64,000 nucleotides of DNA from Gnetum montanum (GCA_015680685.1 MNCI01000474.1:1-64000), one strand, 5' to 3'; counted from the first letter of the stretch, positions 38,187 through 52,678 are shown. Numbers and translations: made by a program. The notes: generated by a model not told the origin, from the letters alone.

Positions 38187-39600
38187 ATGCATATACAAGA
38201 GGCTATTTGAATATCCCACAGGCATCGCAAGGAAAGCCATCTATCTAAGCTTGATTTAAATAACTTTTCCAAGTTTTCAGGAGGCTATGATTTAGATCTG
38301 CAACATCATTTACAAGCCTTCTATGATGTCTGTGTATGGAAAAATATTGATAATGGGTGGAAAAAACTTAAGCTCTTTCCTACAACACTCATTGGCCAAG
38401 CAAAAGTATGGTATAGGTCCTTAAGACTACAATCAATTCGACGTTCGTTGACAATGGTAGAACTCTTCAATGAAAGATATCAAACCTATGCAAGAGTGTC
38501 AACCTTGAGGAGACAAATCCAAGAATAGAAATAGGGGTAGCATGAACTCTTGGACATGGCCTTAGAAAGATACTATTTGTTGTTAAATAATTGCCTAGGG
38601 CATGGATTCTCCAAGGAAAGGCTGATGTACCACATCATGGATGGGCTCCGTAATGAAACAAGGGAAACCCTAGGGATGTATGCCCAAGGTCAACTATACG
38701 AACTACGAACCCACCAATTCCAAGAGCTTATTAAGTGGGTAGCAAAAGAAGAAGGAGAAGTGGCTAAATGGGAGAATGTTGAAAGCTCTCAACAAGACCA
38801 AAATCTCGAAATAGCAAAGGGCCATGATCATGAAAAGGAGAAATCAATTCACCTAAAGGAGGTGGAATCATCTTTGCCAATATTACAATCACTAGATGAA
38901 ACTAAGGCAAAGATCAATAAGATGAACAAATGGATACATGAAAAATGTAGAGAATATGCCAACAATATTAGAGGTAGGACCATGATGAACCAAGAAATAG
39001 GATAGAACACCACTAGACAATCAGAAAGAAGGGTTGAAGAAAATAAGGATAAGAACTCAACTGCCAATCATACGTATCAATGTAATATTTTCCTATATGA
39101 TCACCCTAAAGGTCAATGTCCAATCTTGTCACATTTACATGAGCATTGGGGAGGAATGTTATACCTAGAGTTCGTACAAAAATACTGTGTCCAACCATAG
39201 TGGCAAAAACCTTAGTCATGAGGGAGGCCACCACCAACTAGACCATACCCTTCGTATGTCCCAATGCCAAATGCTTATTATGTTCAACACCCTATTTTTC
39301 CAATGGGATCAGCATCCTCTACCTCACCTCATTGTTGTCATTCTCCCAAGTACTATCCACCCATGTCCTCTCCAACAAGATCACCACCTCATGTACCTTA
39401 CACTTCTCCTCCTCAATATTCTCATAATTCACCCCCTTCTACATCACCACCAACTATGCCAAAAGGTTTTGCACCACAACACCAACCCACGAACGTTACT
39501 TGTGCTACTACTATCAATAGCAATGGAGGTCCTCCACAACGTCAAAAGCATACTTTCTTTAGGCATGACCGTAGAAAGAGATAGCACAATTTTGAAACCA
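38187..39600 (+). pseudogene. gag: E3 gag (degenerate)
   Basis: FSKFSGGYDLDLQHHLQAF...LKLFPTTLIGQAKVWYRSL; ORF 38550-39005; YDHPKGQCPILSHL. Confidence 0.85.
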
Positions 39601-41458
39601 CTACATCCACCAACTCGGCACAAGTTCAGCACTGTGATGCATCTTCTCCCTCGAACTCAACACCTCCTGTGACTCTATCCAGACCACCAATTAATGATCC
39701 AACAACCATGCGACCCAATGAATATAGCCACATAGGAAGACATATTGATCCTTGCATACCATCTTACGGTCATAGGTGCCATAGTGGGTTAACTCCTTAT
39801 CAATTACCACATCTTATAACTTGCCCCACTATGTCAACTTTCATCAAGTTTGTGCATCCTAATTTGGGTACATTCCAGCCACCACATCAAAAGACACCCA
39901 ATGGTTTGGACATGACCAGACTATAATATTTCCAACATGCATGGATCCACATTTTCCATTTATTAATTCTAGCCATGCCCAAAAGTTTAGTTATGGGGGA
40001 TATCCTCCATTCTAACAAGCAGAATTAATAAATGTTTTTCCTTTTCTTCAATTTTACAATTTTTTAATTTTTTAATTTTTTCAATTTTTTGTTTTTTGTT
40101 TTTCAGTTTTTTATCTTTCAATTTGTTGTTTTCTCTTTTTATCTTTTTATGGGTAATCTCATCTATGAATAAAACACTCATGTGACTCGTTGATTGAGCT
40201 GTTGTTCTATGCTATCAAGTCTCAGGTGACTAATTATTTGGACAGTGAGCCCACAACATCTATCCACCCATTCTATTAATAAGAGGTTCTACTCTAGGTA
40301 CAATGATATTCTTGATATCATTAAAACTTAAAGTAATTTTGTGCTCATTACACCCAGAGCGAAGAAGGATGGACTAAGTGGGAATGGCCAGGGTGTGACA
40401 TCAAGGAGACTTGTGGATTCTCTTTGGTAACTTCTATAGGTGCTATCATGCAGCTTGGTCGTACAAAGATCCTTGTAGATATAACAAAAAATGGGAGTAA
40501 GAGTAATAAAGGCACTCAATAGAAACTCAATGTTGTTTTAAGGATTCCACTGGAAAGACATGCACCCATGCCTGAAGGTTGGTGGCTTCTCTGGTTCACT
40601 ATTGGAAAGGACAAAGTGCCAAGCGGCTAAAAAAAAGAAGGAAGAGAAGAGAAGAGAAAGTGTGCCAAAGCGGCCAAGCAAAAAACAAATGTGCCGCAAA
40701 CCAAATCACCCCTTTCTTAAACATACCACCAAGTGATTGTATGCCTTGCTATCATGGTGCTCTTATAGTTGTTCATCATTGGATGAAGCAATGCGATGTC
40801 ACTAATTGAAGGAATGGACTCAATCTTGATTTTGGAGTGATGGGTTAATGACACATTAATCATGCCCTACACTCAAGATTCATTGTGCTGTGGGTCAGCA
40901 ACCTCATGTCCCAATCTCTGCAATCCCTTCTATAATTCACCTCATCTCTTTGTTCATGTATTTGTGACTCGTGTCTTGTGTAGCATTGAATTCATACCTC
41001 ATCATGGTGGTATCTACATGTGTGTGTTTTGTGGAACTGATATGGATTACATTTAACCCTTCTAGTACCTATGGACATTTTAAGATGTGGTTACGCAAGG
41101 GCATTATAGGTTGGAACCTACCTTGGGGAGGATCCACTTGCGTGACCTTTGTAATTTGTACTTGTTGCACACCACCACATCATTTTATACTCTCCAAGTA
41201 CTTCATTGTTAAATCTATTCTTTCCTTTGTCATCATTTTATCAAAAGTTCCTTAAAACCATTACGTATGTTTTGATGTGTCACCTAAACAAATCAAGTAA
41301 AACATTAAACTTTTAGGGAAACTTCCTTGAAAAAATTTCTAACTCTAAAATCACACTAAGCAAAGAATGCAACATTCATGAAAGGTAATAAGTAAGGTAT
41401 GAAATAATTAAAATTCTTTCAATAACCTTACTAATAGTTGATCCTTGTGTGATTGTAG

Positions 41459-41894
41459 ATGGCCCCTAAAAGAGGACAATAAGGAGGACCTTCTCAAGGT
41501 GCAACTCAATGCCCAGGGGGAGGTAGAGGCCAATGACCTCATGAAGAACATGCAAAGCAAGAGGCACAATCATTCAGCATCCATCACAAAACTCCTGTTA
41601 CTACACAATCTAGCTAAGAAAGAGGTGGAGAGGTCAGGGCCAGCCTATGAAGAGGAATGGTAGTTATTTGTAGCATGGCATGACAAGGCCAATCAAGTGT
41701 TTCCGCAGCTACCGTGTCCATGGGAAGTGTTGACTCCATCAAACATTGGAACATTAGCATGGACAGCTCAGAATCCTGAGATAGACGAGAAGAAACGTCA
41801 AGCGCTTCTTCAACAGTATCAATCTCAGAAGCCTGAATCGTAGGACAAAGGAAAGGCACCCATGGAGGAGCCACTACCACCAAGAACCACATGA
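41459..41894 (+). pseudogene. Small 3' extra ORF of E3 at the env-like position
   Basis: Branch point plus AG directly before ATG; MAPKRGQ..., then in a second frame EEEW*LFVAWHDKANQVFPQLPCPWEV...DKGKAPMEEPLPPRTT*. Confidence 0.5.
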
Positions 41895-42077
41895 ATTCTA
41901 ACAAAGTTTTGTAATTCTATGTCTATGTTCCAATTTTGATTTTGCTCAATCCCACACTGCGGCATGAATAAATTTCTAGTCAATTAATAATCCCATACCT
42001 ATCCACCATGTAATCAATTGTGCTTGTTCCTCACTTTCTTTAACTCGAGGATGAGTTGTTATTTAGTCGTGGGGGTA

Positions 42078-43061
42078 TGATGAATTGTGGTTTGTCAAGT
42101 GTTGATATCGGACCCTTGATATTGGACCCTTGTTAACCAGGTGCTGATATTAGACCCCTATTATTGGACCCCTAATATCTTATGAGTCACGATATTGGAC
42201 CCCTGATATCGAGGACTGCATCAACTAGGCCACATCAACGCAGTCACGTTGACATGGCCGCATCAACGCATCTGTCCATGTGTTAACGCAGTGTCTGTCT
42301 CTAGCTATAAATAAGTGTGCACCTGCCGCACTTAGGCACTTTTTGTTCAAGTTGTAGCAAAGCTCTTGCAGTTTGTTTTTGCAAGAGTTAGACTATATTC
42401 TCAAGTGCATGCCTGCAGTGTGATGCTTGTAATTGTACAAAACCTTTATTCGAGTGTGATGTACTTGGACACGCACATGATTGGCAATAAAGATCAAGAT
42501 TACTCCATCATTGTAGCATTCACTTAGTTTTAATTATTTAATTGTTATTATTATTTATTGTTTTCTTAGTTATGATTTCTTTACCATCATTTACTATTCC
42601 TGTTGTTAAATGTGGAATGAGTACGACTTAATCACAAACATTGAAGTGTAACTACTTGGTGACCTAGTAGCATATTTAGAAGTGCTTAAGTAGTGTGTGC
42701 TTGGTAATCCCAGAAGTAGTACATGAGGTTCAAGATGCGTATGGATGATTAAGGATGGATGCTCATCGCACTTAGGCTAGCCAGACTTCGCCTCCCATTG
42801 CTTACTAGTTTAATCAAGATTATTTTATTGTTTTCCATTTTTCTTAGGAGTAGCCTAGTGTTAGAAATCATATCATACACATCATTCTGGACTAAACCAC
42901 ACATGACAAAGCAAATACTAGTCCAAGTGGGAAGACAATGAACTACGATCAACATGTAACTATCTAGATACCATAACTAGCTTGTCTGCGGAGTTCAACC
43001 GGATCGTGCGTACATGCTTGTATTCATATGGTTGAGTGTAGGGGTACCTCACCACTCATCA
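42078..43061 (+). repeat. E3 3' LTR (984 bp)
   Basis: TGATGA...TCATCA; GATAT(C/T)GGACCC repeats 42104-42215; TATAAATA at 42306. Confidence 0.9.
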
Positions 43062-43659
43062 CCTTCCATTTCTCATACATATTTATTTCAGAGAAACTTC
43101 GTGGTGGATGCCCATACTAAACAGGCCACAAGTTTTGCAATCAAATTAAAAAAATAAATAATAAACTATGAGAAATCAATTGAAGAACAAAAGCCCTTTC
43201 TTTACACAATGCACACTAGGCAGAGAGAGAACAGTTCTAGATAGGCATAGAATTTCCCATGGGAGAACATAAGGATGCCTACTACTGGTGTCTGCACCAC
43301 CCCTAGCCTCTGCTTTAGCAGCAGTAATCTTGGCACTCTCTAAGTATGACATCAATGCAGGTGAGGGAGCAAATTGTGTATAGCAATAGGCCTATGCATG
43401 GGCACACGTGTGAAAAACCATTGAAGTAGACCCGTATGATTATGCTAGCTAAACATAGGCATTGGCTGGGCCAACAAGTCTGCCAACATTGAAGGATGTG
43501 TCTCTATTAGAGTATCTACATTTCTTAGGTTCTATTCCTTTTTTCCACTCCTATTTCAGTGAACTTGTTAACTTCCTTTTCTTGTGCCCTTTTGCTTCAT
43601 CAATCATCAGCTCCACCATTCCCATGTGAGATGTGAATGAAACCTTCAATTTTTGTACA

Positions 43660-44001
43660 AGTAGTTAATTCAAATATTAGTAACAAATTTTTATTGGGAG
43701 AAGTTTGGGAGTAGCATTCATTGATCAAAAGATTAAAGGAACCTGTTTGAAATTTTTTGGTTATATGCTAAGAAGGCCAAAGAATGCACTTGTTAGAAGT
43801 AGTTGCATTATTAAAGTCAGAGGAAAAACTACAAAGAGGTAGACCTAAACATTCATGATTTGCAAACATAAAAGAAAGACATCCAAGTTTTGTGTATTAA
43901 CACTTATTTAGCTCTTTAATGGTAGTGAATGGTGGAAAAGAATTCATATAGCCAACCCCATGTAGTTGGGATAAGGCTAGGAGAAGAAGGATGATAATGA
44001 T
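43660..44001 (+). mobile_element. RTE-clade LINE 3' fragment
   Basis: LGVAFIDQKIK..LKFFGYMLRRPKNALVR..RGRPK..W; 3' end CATATAGCCAACCCC..GGGATAAGGC plus microsatellite-like tail. Confidence 0.75.
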
Positions 44002-45594
44002 ATTTGAATGTTGGTTTCTTTGAATAGTTAAAAGAAATGTGACTATTAATAAATTACAAAGTGCAACCAAAAATGCCTTGGGATCCTATGTTTTTAATGG
44101 ATGGCTATCTTATCAACACCAAACTGTGTATATTTTTACACTGCTTCCAAGTGACGTGTGCCTGAACCTTAAGCCTAGTGATTGTAAATCAAGTTTTTAT
44201 TAATATTATTTTACCAGCTCAAAAAGGCTTATACTACAAAGGAAATGTTAAGGCTTATTTTCAAGGAACAAATATTAAGTAAACTATGAAAAAGAAAATA
44301 TTCTGGTGATGATTATTTTATTAGAAATTTACTTGTATCATCTTGGTTGATCAGTAAGATTCTAAGAATAATCTGTGGTACCTTGACTCTCATTTAATTA
44401 ATATATTCTCTTTTAACTTGTTAAGAAAAGGACACATACTAGAAATGATCATCAAATAAACATAATATACAACAGATGGCATCTAAATTATAAAAAGAAA
44501 AAAGGAAAAAACAAGCATGCCACACAAAGAACATATTTTAATATTGATGCCCTAAATATGAAGGAAATGCCATGGGAATAGGTTTTTCATAATAATTGTA
44601 TATGTACCTAATTTTATCTAAATTCTTCTTATATACTTGCTATGAAAGGAAGCTAATTGTTGAGAAATGACTTTGAAGATTCAGAGTTAAGGTAGAGGTA
44701 CATTGAAACACTTTCTTGTGTTTTTCTAAGCCTTGGTTGACACTCTTTATGGGGATTCAATAATATTTTCAACTTGTCTTTCTCTTATGTAAGAGATTCA
44801 ATTACCATTGATCCTCTCAAAATTCTTACATGTAATATTGATGGTTATGACATAAGTTAATTGTGATTATTTAAAAAATATTAAAACTAGCAAAAAAAAT
44901 TTCTACCAAAAAGAATTAGCAAATAGTATGTTTACTAAATGATATTTATTTGCACTACTGCTCGTTATTATCAAGCCTACTGTGCTCACAAAATAGCAAG
45001 CTCATACCTAAATGAGAAAATTCTTACATTCTTAATTGGTGACTATTCTCTGAATTATAATGTTTTAAAAGCTCTTATATAAGAAATAATTTTTTGAACA
45101 CTTTACAACCTTTTAGGATCTTCATGTAATTTTGCTTGGAGTTCTCTTTGTTCTTTCATGTTTTCAATACCTGAATCAGTGGATGAGGTATACCCAAGTA
45201 ATTATCCAAGTGTTATATAATTTGCAAATTTTCTTACCTTAATCAATTAGCTGATACAAAATATAATGATTAGAGTAATAGCATATGTAGGCAGATTGCT
45301 TTGTTGTTTGCAGATTAAATTGAATTTTGTTTCTCACACATTTTCTTCACAATGGAGAATTCATTTCCCAACGGGAGGGGAAATGATGTTGATTATTGAT
45401 GATGTCCATAATGGAAAGAGTATTATATTTATGATTGTTTTTGATGTCCATAATGGAAAGAGTATTATATTTATTATAATGGAAAGAGATTAAATGATGA
45501 TGATTGTTGTTGATGATGTTGATTTATGATTGACTTAGAAAAATTTCTTGTAGACAACTATTGGCATTAAAGAGTATTATATTTGAGTCTATTT

Positions 45595-45655
45595 ATCATA
45601 ATCATCCTAGCCTTGTCCCAATAAAATGGGGTTAGCTCTCTGAGTTTGTATATCA
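45595..45655 (-). mobile_element. Short RTE 3' tail
   Basis: ATCATAATCATCCTAGCCTTGTCCCA..TGGGGTTAGC resembles the reverse complement of the RTE end near 43950-44000. Confidence 0.5.
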
Positions 45656-48243
45656 TCTTGGTGCCTTTATCCCATTCATGATGGGCTGACCATTAAAGTA
45701 GGAAAAGGACTTGATGATGATTTATTATGGTTGACTATATACTGTGGCCTCTACATGGCATGTGTTTTAGCATGCCCTTTAAAATCGTACTTGTAACTTG
45801 CTAATTATAAGCCACATGCTCTAACCATGTGAGCAATGCCTCACTGACCTATCTAAGTCTGTATATGTCAGGAATAATATGTCCAATTTTTTTATTATAT
45901 TTCATTTTAGATCTCCAAAATTCTATGAAAATTTTATGTATAACAAAGGGGCATTCATTAGTTCCATCTTATGTTTCNATTTTATGTATAACAAAGGGGC
46001 ATTCATTAGTTCCATCTTATGTTTCACATTCTATATTGAAGAGGGGAAAGATATTATTGTTGTGGTTCCAAAATGGATATTTAATCATTGATTCTGTAAT
46101 GCTTGCACAAGCTGGTGGCTTCAACCATATGCTCTATTTGCAAAAATCATCATTGCCAAAGTGGGTATGGTTTTGTCAAGAATTTAAATTATCAACTCAA
46201 TTTTTCTCAAGCTGACTGAACTCAGAGCTTGGAAAATTTTTTGTTGATTTATGCATGAAAAATTATTGTTTCACATTATTCAATATTTTTAGTGTTGATG
46301 GTTTATTGCTTGTTTAGGTGAATTGTTATTTAGGCAAATTATTTCATAAAATAGTTGTAAGATGATAATTGATGATAATTTAGAAGCTCAAAAATTAATC
46401 TTTTTCACATTAACAAATTTCCTCTTTATTTTCTTTTGTCTTTTGCCAATTTAACCCTTGTTGTTTCTACTACTGATACAGTTTTGGCTAGTATAATAAT
46501 TGCACTATGCCCTGAATTTTATGCAATATTGTTATCTTGTATGAAGCATTGAAATGTGCATGTACATAGGTATGCCCTTGCATGTAGGCACCTATGAATT
46601 TGAATATATGTATGATATATTTTATTTACTTATTTTAATGCATCATATTAATGGCCCAAATATTATTCTTAGTTTATTAAAATTACATGTTTAGTGAACA
46701 CATTTGATATACTCTGTAAATATTGCTATTGATATATTTTTTTTCAAATTTATCATTCATATAATTTCAGTTTGGATCAATTAGTTTCTTAATGTTTTCT
46801 CAATCTCTTTGAGGTCTATGGTTGTAACTCTAATTGTTTTCTTTTTAATTTATAATTTTTTTGGTACCCATCACCAATTTCATTGTTTATTTTCTATGTT
46901 ATATAGATCGTAAACATGGTTAAGCAAACACCATCTTACAAGAATAGATTAAGAGCTTTGGAAATTGAATGAAAAGGAGGAATAACCAACAAAAAGAAAA
47001 CTTCAAAATAAAAACAAACATGACTCCTTTCTTGTGTCTGAATTGCTATGAAGCACTTGTTTTTACTTAAATATATAGTCTACTAATATTCATAGTGGTG
47101 TTTTTCATAGTCGAAACTTTAACTATGCCTCTAGGCCATACAATCAATACAATATTTTGGTAAAACTTAAGCAAAATATAATGGTGCCTCAAGCACAACC
47201 TAAACTTGTAACCTATTACAAAAAAAACAACAAGCTTACCAATTGAGCTATGCTAATTGCCAATCACATTAATAGTTATAAAAATATTGTTATATTAAAT
47301 AATTTGAAAATTATCATATGAATGCTAATTAAGTAATAAGCATCTTGAACTTGTGAATTGAAAATGGACATAGGTTTGGAGTAGATCTAGTAGCTGCCTA
47401 GCTCAATCTAGTAAAGGACACATGACACAAGTGCACACATGCACTAAAGTTGAACATGATTCCAACCTTCCCATTAATATATAACCCATTTTTTTGAAGG
47501 TTCAAAGTGTTACCATAACCATGTGGAACTACCTTTGTTGTGCATATTTTTTTAAAAAAAATTTGAGGGAAGGATGGCAATTGTTATACGTGGAATGAAA
47601 TCCCAACAAAAAAATACAAACTAGGATTGTCAGCAACAACTAAAAAAAATCCCAATCACCAAAAAAACATAAGAAACTGCTTGGGAGAAACCCCATATGA
47701 AAGAAAACATGGAGAAGAAAGGGCCAAAGCACAAAAACAAAGAGGCTGATCCTATTAAAAACAAAAGTCATGGGAAAGGCTAGGGATCATTAAATCACCA
47801 CTATTAAAATCAAACTAGCACTAAACATCAATGTCTGTTATTGATGTTGGAATCAATTCCATGCAGCTGCATGGTGTCACATGTGGTGGAAATCTTGCTA
47901 GCCTGGTGGAAATCCTGCTAGCAAGATCTTTGCCTTTGGAATGGAAGCTTGGAAGAATATGAGTAGACATATCTAAAAGATAGTTCCCCTTTGTAGGGAA
48001 GATACAACCCCAACCCATCAAAGGCAACGATAGAGTTTATCATCTAGGAGGGTAAAAAGGTAAGGGGATAAGGGGTCTCCTTTCCAAACACCTCCTTCCA
48101 GATGGAACTACTAAGACCCCCTGCCTCCTATCTAAACTTGAATACAAATAGTACTCATAGAAAAGTTAATAAAATTCTTGATTCAAGAATTAAAACTAGG
48201 ATGATCCAAGGTAAAGTCAAGGGTCTTCCAATCCAGTTGATTT

Positions 48244-48760
48244 TTAAGCTTTGGCTAGATCTAACTTGAGAAAACAAATTGCCTTTACAGAAGAGTGGGC
48301 CCAGTGGAATGCCTCTTGGGCAAGAATGATATTGTTAGTGATGTTGTCAACGATGAAACCAAATTGGTCTTCCTTAATGAGATTATGCAGGAGGGGCTGT
48401 AAATAGTTCACCAGAATCTTGAGCATGAGTTTATAGATAATTGTAGAGATTAAGGGACCAACAACTTGCCATGGAGCAACTATCATCTTTCTTGAGGAGA
48501 AGCATGATCTGGGTGTCCTTATGAATTTTGGAAAAAAAACTAATAATGAGATCTAGATTTTATAATGGCATATAGATTAGCACCTATGATGTCTTGGTAT
48601 GCTTAAAAAGACTTAAAATTCAAGCCATTGGTGCCCAGGGTTTTATTTTGGAGCATTTGATTTAAGCCTGTTTTGATCTCTACACATGTGAGAGGGTCTT
48701 GAAGTCTAGTGCAATGTACTTGGGAGATTTTCCTAGGGATCAGAAAAATAGAATGGATAA
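48244..48760 (-). mobile_element. L1-clade LINE reverse transcriptase fragment
   Basis: NKTLGTNG..YQDIIG, IYKLMLKILVNYLQPLLHNLIKEDQFGF..NIILAQE..LKLDLAKA. Confidence 0.85.
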
Positions 48761-51700
48761 TGATCACATACCAATAGTTGGCAATGTATTATCTTTCTTT
48801 AATGATTCAATAAAGGAAACAATACATATGAATTAGGCGATAGATTTTAGTTGTACCGAACATATTCCTAAAAGTAAAGATATGTTTAAAACCATGAATC
48901 CATCCATGATAGGAGGTTCTACCACTACTCTTGGAGATCCATGCAAACATAAATGAATTGGAAAAGTAGACATAAAGATGTTGGTTTTGAGGATGAGCTT
49001 GTGCCATCTCTAATGTTGGTTTTGAGCCAACATTTTTCTTCGTTGTAGGTTGTGACTTTGCTCCTTTTTGCATAGACCATTGAAAATTTGAGGTGCCTTG
49101 CTTCGAGATGATCTGATTTTTGCCTTAACACCTAATAAGTTTATGCCAAATTCCTTTTTTTAAACAAATCCTATAAAAATTTAGAAAGTTTTCTAACTCC
49201 ACGACCTAACATATCTTCCCAAATTGGCCCTCCAAGATTATCTTCATGTGAAGATATGAACCTAGCAACATGTAGACACATATGCAAACATTTATTAAGT
49301 GAGACTTAAGTCATTCTGGGATTTTCTAGTGTGATCAATTCTCCATATACCTGGGTGACCAATTTGGTGGATAGCAAGACTTAATTATTTATGAGATTGT
49401 CTAAGTTGTCTAGTGACTCAGTTGCACAAGCATTTCTATGCCTCAATCTATCTAGGTGTCTACTGCATTTCCCTGTCCACCATTGCCCTCCAGGATGCCA
49501 CCAACCGCTCTTGCCTTGGCATCCTCTATTTCTTGGTTTCTTTTCCATCTTTCATGTTATGACTCTAGTTTTCTATTGTAATTGTTTATGTCATTATTTA
49601 GAATTTAGTTTGTACTATCCTAGTGTTTATCTTCCTTTAACAAAATGCAATGCAGGGTAGATATTGATGATGAGCTAAGTAAATAGCTTGACTTGCAAAT
49701 TGAAGGAGTTGAAAAGCATCAGTTTGCACCCTCATTGGTACTCGAATGCTGTTTTTTCCATATATGCTTGGAAAGATACGCATCAATTCAAACATTTATG
49801 CTTGCTCTATTTCTTGCATTTTCCTTCTAAATGTAATAAATAAATCTTTGTGAAATAAATTCATTAATGTTGGATTTACTGCTTCTTCACAAAAATCAAG
49901 CATGACATGAAAAATTTTTTCTACCAGTCTTGAATAGTTGAAATCAGAGAGAGATTCGATGGAACAAGTGTGGGGAAATTTGGATCCGTATTGTAATCAG
50001 GGAGAGATTTGATTAGAAAAATGTAGGGAAATTTGTTAAAATTATGAAAATTGTAGAAAATAATGACTACCATTAAAACAAAATAATTATCTTTTTGAAC
50101 TGGTAATTTGTTTCATCAACTGATGAGCTACATGTTCAAGCTATGTTGGAGACATTATTATACCTATACCTTTTGGGTTACAAGGACACTATGGAGTGGA
50201 CTACCATGAATTAACTATTAAAATGTGAAAGAATTTTACTTGTTCAACTAATTTCAAGACTCACAACTTTGAAATGCACTAAATGTGCTTGCCATTTATG
50301 TCATTTAATCCTACTACATATCATGAAAGACTTTTAAATGTTAAACAGAAGAGTTAGATTTTCCTTTTCTGCATCCTAATAATTCTATTTGCATTTGTTA
50401 TTGCCACAATCTACATCCATATACCATTAGGTCAACTATAGCACCTTGCATACTATAAGGAGCAATATTTTGCGTAAATACATACTGTGCTACTATACTA
50501 ATCAAGGATGGCTTTTGAGATTCTTAGTTAGCTAACGTGTTAAGGTGTTTCTTTGTCATCATGGAAGGTTTGTGGTGTCTTCCTACATATTTAGTTCCAA
50601 ACATGATTGCAACTTGCTCTTTTAAGCATTTTTGTGTCATAGATCTGTTAAATCTATTTGTAGAACTTTCATACAATCATTAACTTTGGTAATTATTTCG
50701 CAATTTACTTCCATTTTTGGATAATCCTTTTTAGATAGATTATACCATTTGTTATTTGTTCATAAAATGTTTTAGGTCTCTGTTGTTTAATGATTCTCTT
50801 ACAAACATTTTGGTGGTTTTGCGATTCTGTTGGTTGCATGGAGATGTTGTTGGCTTTGGAGGTACAAAATAAGGCAGTTACCATACACTTGGAATGATGC
50901 ATGTTACTTGACACAAAATAGCCTTAGGGTGCCTTATACAGCTTGGATTACCATGGGTAAGATTGATGTTTTATTAAGTTATAGGATGCTTTATTTTGTC
51001 ATTTGATGTTGTCTTCTTATGATTTGTAATTATCAATATTATTGTTATTTGGACTAGATGAATATAAAAAGGAGGAGCTTGTCGATACGCGCTTATGGAT
51101 AAAGGAAAACATGCAGAAATATATGATGGATTTGAAAATTGAATTTAAAAACTTTGCCATCAAAAATGCAAGTTCATGACTTTAAGATCATTTGAATGAT
51201 AGCAAGGAACATGATTCTTGGGTTAACACATTTTTTTAACCATTAATCTATCTATCTAAAGTCTTATATGATTTTATCTCAAACAATTATCACTCAATCA
51301 GAATATTTAACATCTTGATTTTATCAATGATGATGATAATGTAGAATGGTAAAGAACCTTTCTTCTTCCTTGATGTAGCTTAAGTTTAAAAGACACCTAA
51401 TGGATGGGCTAGCTTTACCATACATTAAAGAGGTGATTAAACCATCTTTTTCATGTCTGCATGGTACCTCGATGGATAATGCTATCTTCCATTAAGCCAG
51501 AGTCCTCATCTCTTTAAAACCATGCAGTAAGAAACATCTAGAGTCATGTTCATAAAGCATGTTTCATCCACCTAATTACAAATGCACATTCATTTGTTTA
51601 GTTGGACTTGTTACAAGTCATTTCACAAAGCAATCAACTTTTGCATAATCTCCTTCATTTTCCCCAATTTTGGGAATTAGTACATTATAAGAAAATGAAA

Positions 51701-52060
51701 TTATGTACACATTAGTTTATTACCATCATGATGAATTTGTAAATCTTCTTGGATGGAGGATTTTTTTTCATTTAATCATGTTTTTAACAATGTGTTAAAA
51801 ACATATCTTTTTTACAATTTTTTATTTTGTTATGGATTGATCAATTTTTAAATTTTTAAGTAAATATACTTAAATATTAAAATCTACTATAAGATTAAAA
51901 TTTTAAAAAATAGAAAAAATATTATAAAATAAATTTTAAGAAAAACTAAGCAAAATATAATAAAACATGAAAATAATTATATAATATCATAATAATATTA
52001 ACATATTAGCTTAAGCTAAAAGAAAAGGATTTTCCTATGTCTCTTTTCATGTTGAAAAGC

Positions 52061-52440
52061 TTAAGAAAGATTTCTTTCCTTAGTATAGGGAGGAACCCCC
52101 AAAGATACAAATATTAAATTATTAAATCTAGATATTTCATCATTTTTAATGTACTTCATCTTTAAGAATCTTCTTTCACAAATGGGGCTAGCTTGAATAA
52201 CAAAAACACCTTGCCATAAATATAATATATTTGGATAAAATAGATTCCACATTTGATTTCTCACAAACTAATCAATTATCTTCAAAGAAATTTGTATGAT
52301 ATGTTCATAGTTGAAAATTATTGAAGCTCTCCTNAAAATTTGTATGATATGTTCATAGTTGAAAATTATTGAAGCTCTCCTTCACATCTTTTGATACCTT
52401 GCAATCAAATTGTTGTGTCTCTATCTAGAACATTATTGTA
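52061..52440 (-). mobile_element. hAT transposase C-terminal dimerisation-domain remnant
   Basis: WNLFYPNILYLWQGVFVIQASPICERRFLKMKYIK (matches S..CER.FS.M..IK pattern). Confidence 0.65.
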
Positions 52441-52678
52441 ATGGTATTTTGAACTAATTCATTTAGTTGCATTGAAGATATGAAGATCCATAAACTATGA
52501 AAATGTAGTTCATTGGGACCATTCACCCATGGAGGGTTGGTTTACATGTGGTTGTTTGTAGGCATGGCTAATTGTGGCCATTTCACTTGGTTTCAAACTA
52601 CAAACCAACTAGCTATCATTGTATGCAAAAAACTACAAACCTTTACTTAATTCCCATGTCGACTAAAATTTTGAGCTA

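Larger units (their letters stand above)
36922..43061 (+). mobile_element. Non-autonomous Athila-type element E3 (gag only; 5' LTR truncated)
   Basis: Partial 5' LTR 36922-37556 matches 42428-43061; Asp PBS TGGCACCGTTGCC at 37558; PPT GTGGGGGTA; 3' LTR 42078-43061. Confidence 0.9.

Noticed and set aside
43280-43626. Coding-like minus frame (MGMVELMIDEAKGHKKRK...)
   Set aside because: Multiple stops and no recognisable family.
45350-45540. PPT-like GGGAGGGGAAA followed by TGATG
   Set aside because: No partner LTR end, TSD or coding remnant to support an element.
45931-46026. Exact ~47-bp duplication flanking N and ORF 45829-46215
   Set aside because: Assembly join artefact; the ORF is AT-rich noise.
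48050-48243. Possible inverted L1 piece (twin priming)
   Set aside because: Weak similarity, and the junction geometry does not fit twin priming.
50900-51750. Possible transposase or gene relics
   Set aside because: Too degenerate to assign without a database search.
52287-52381. Exact duplication flanking N at 52334
   Set aside because: Assembly artefact.
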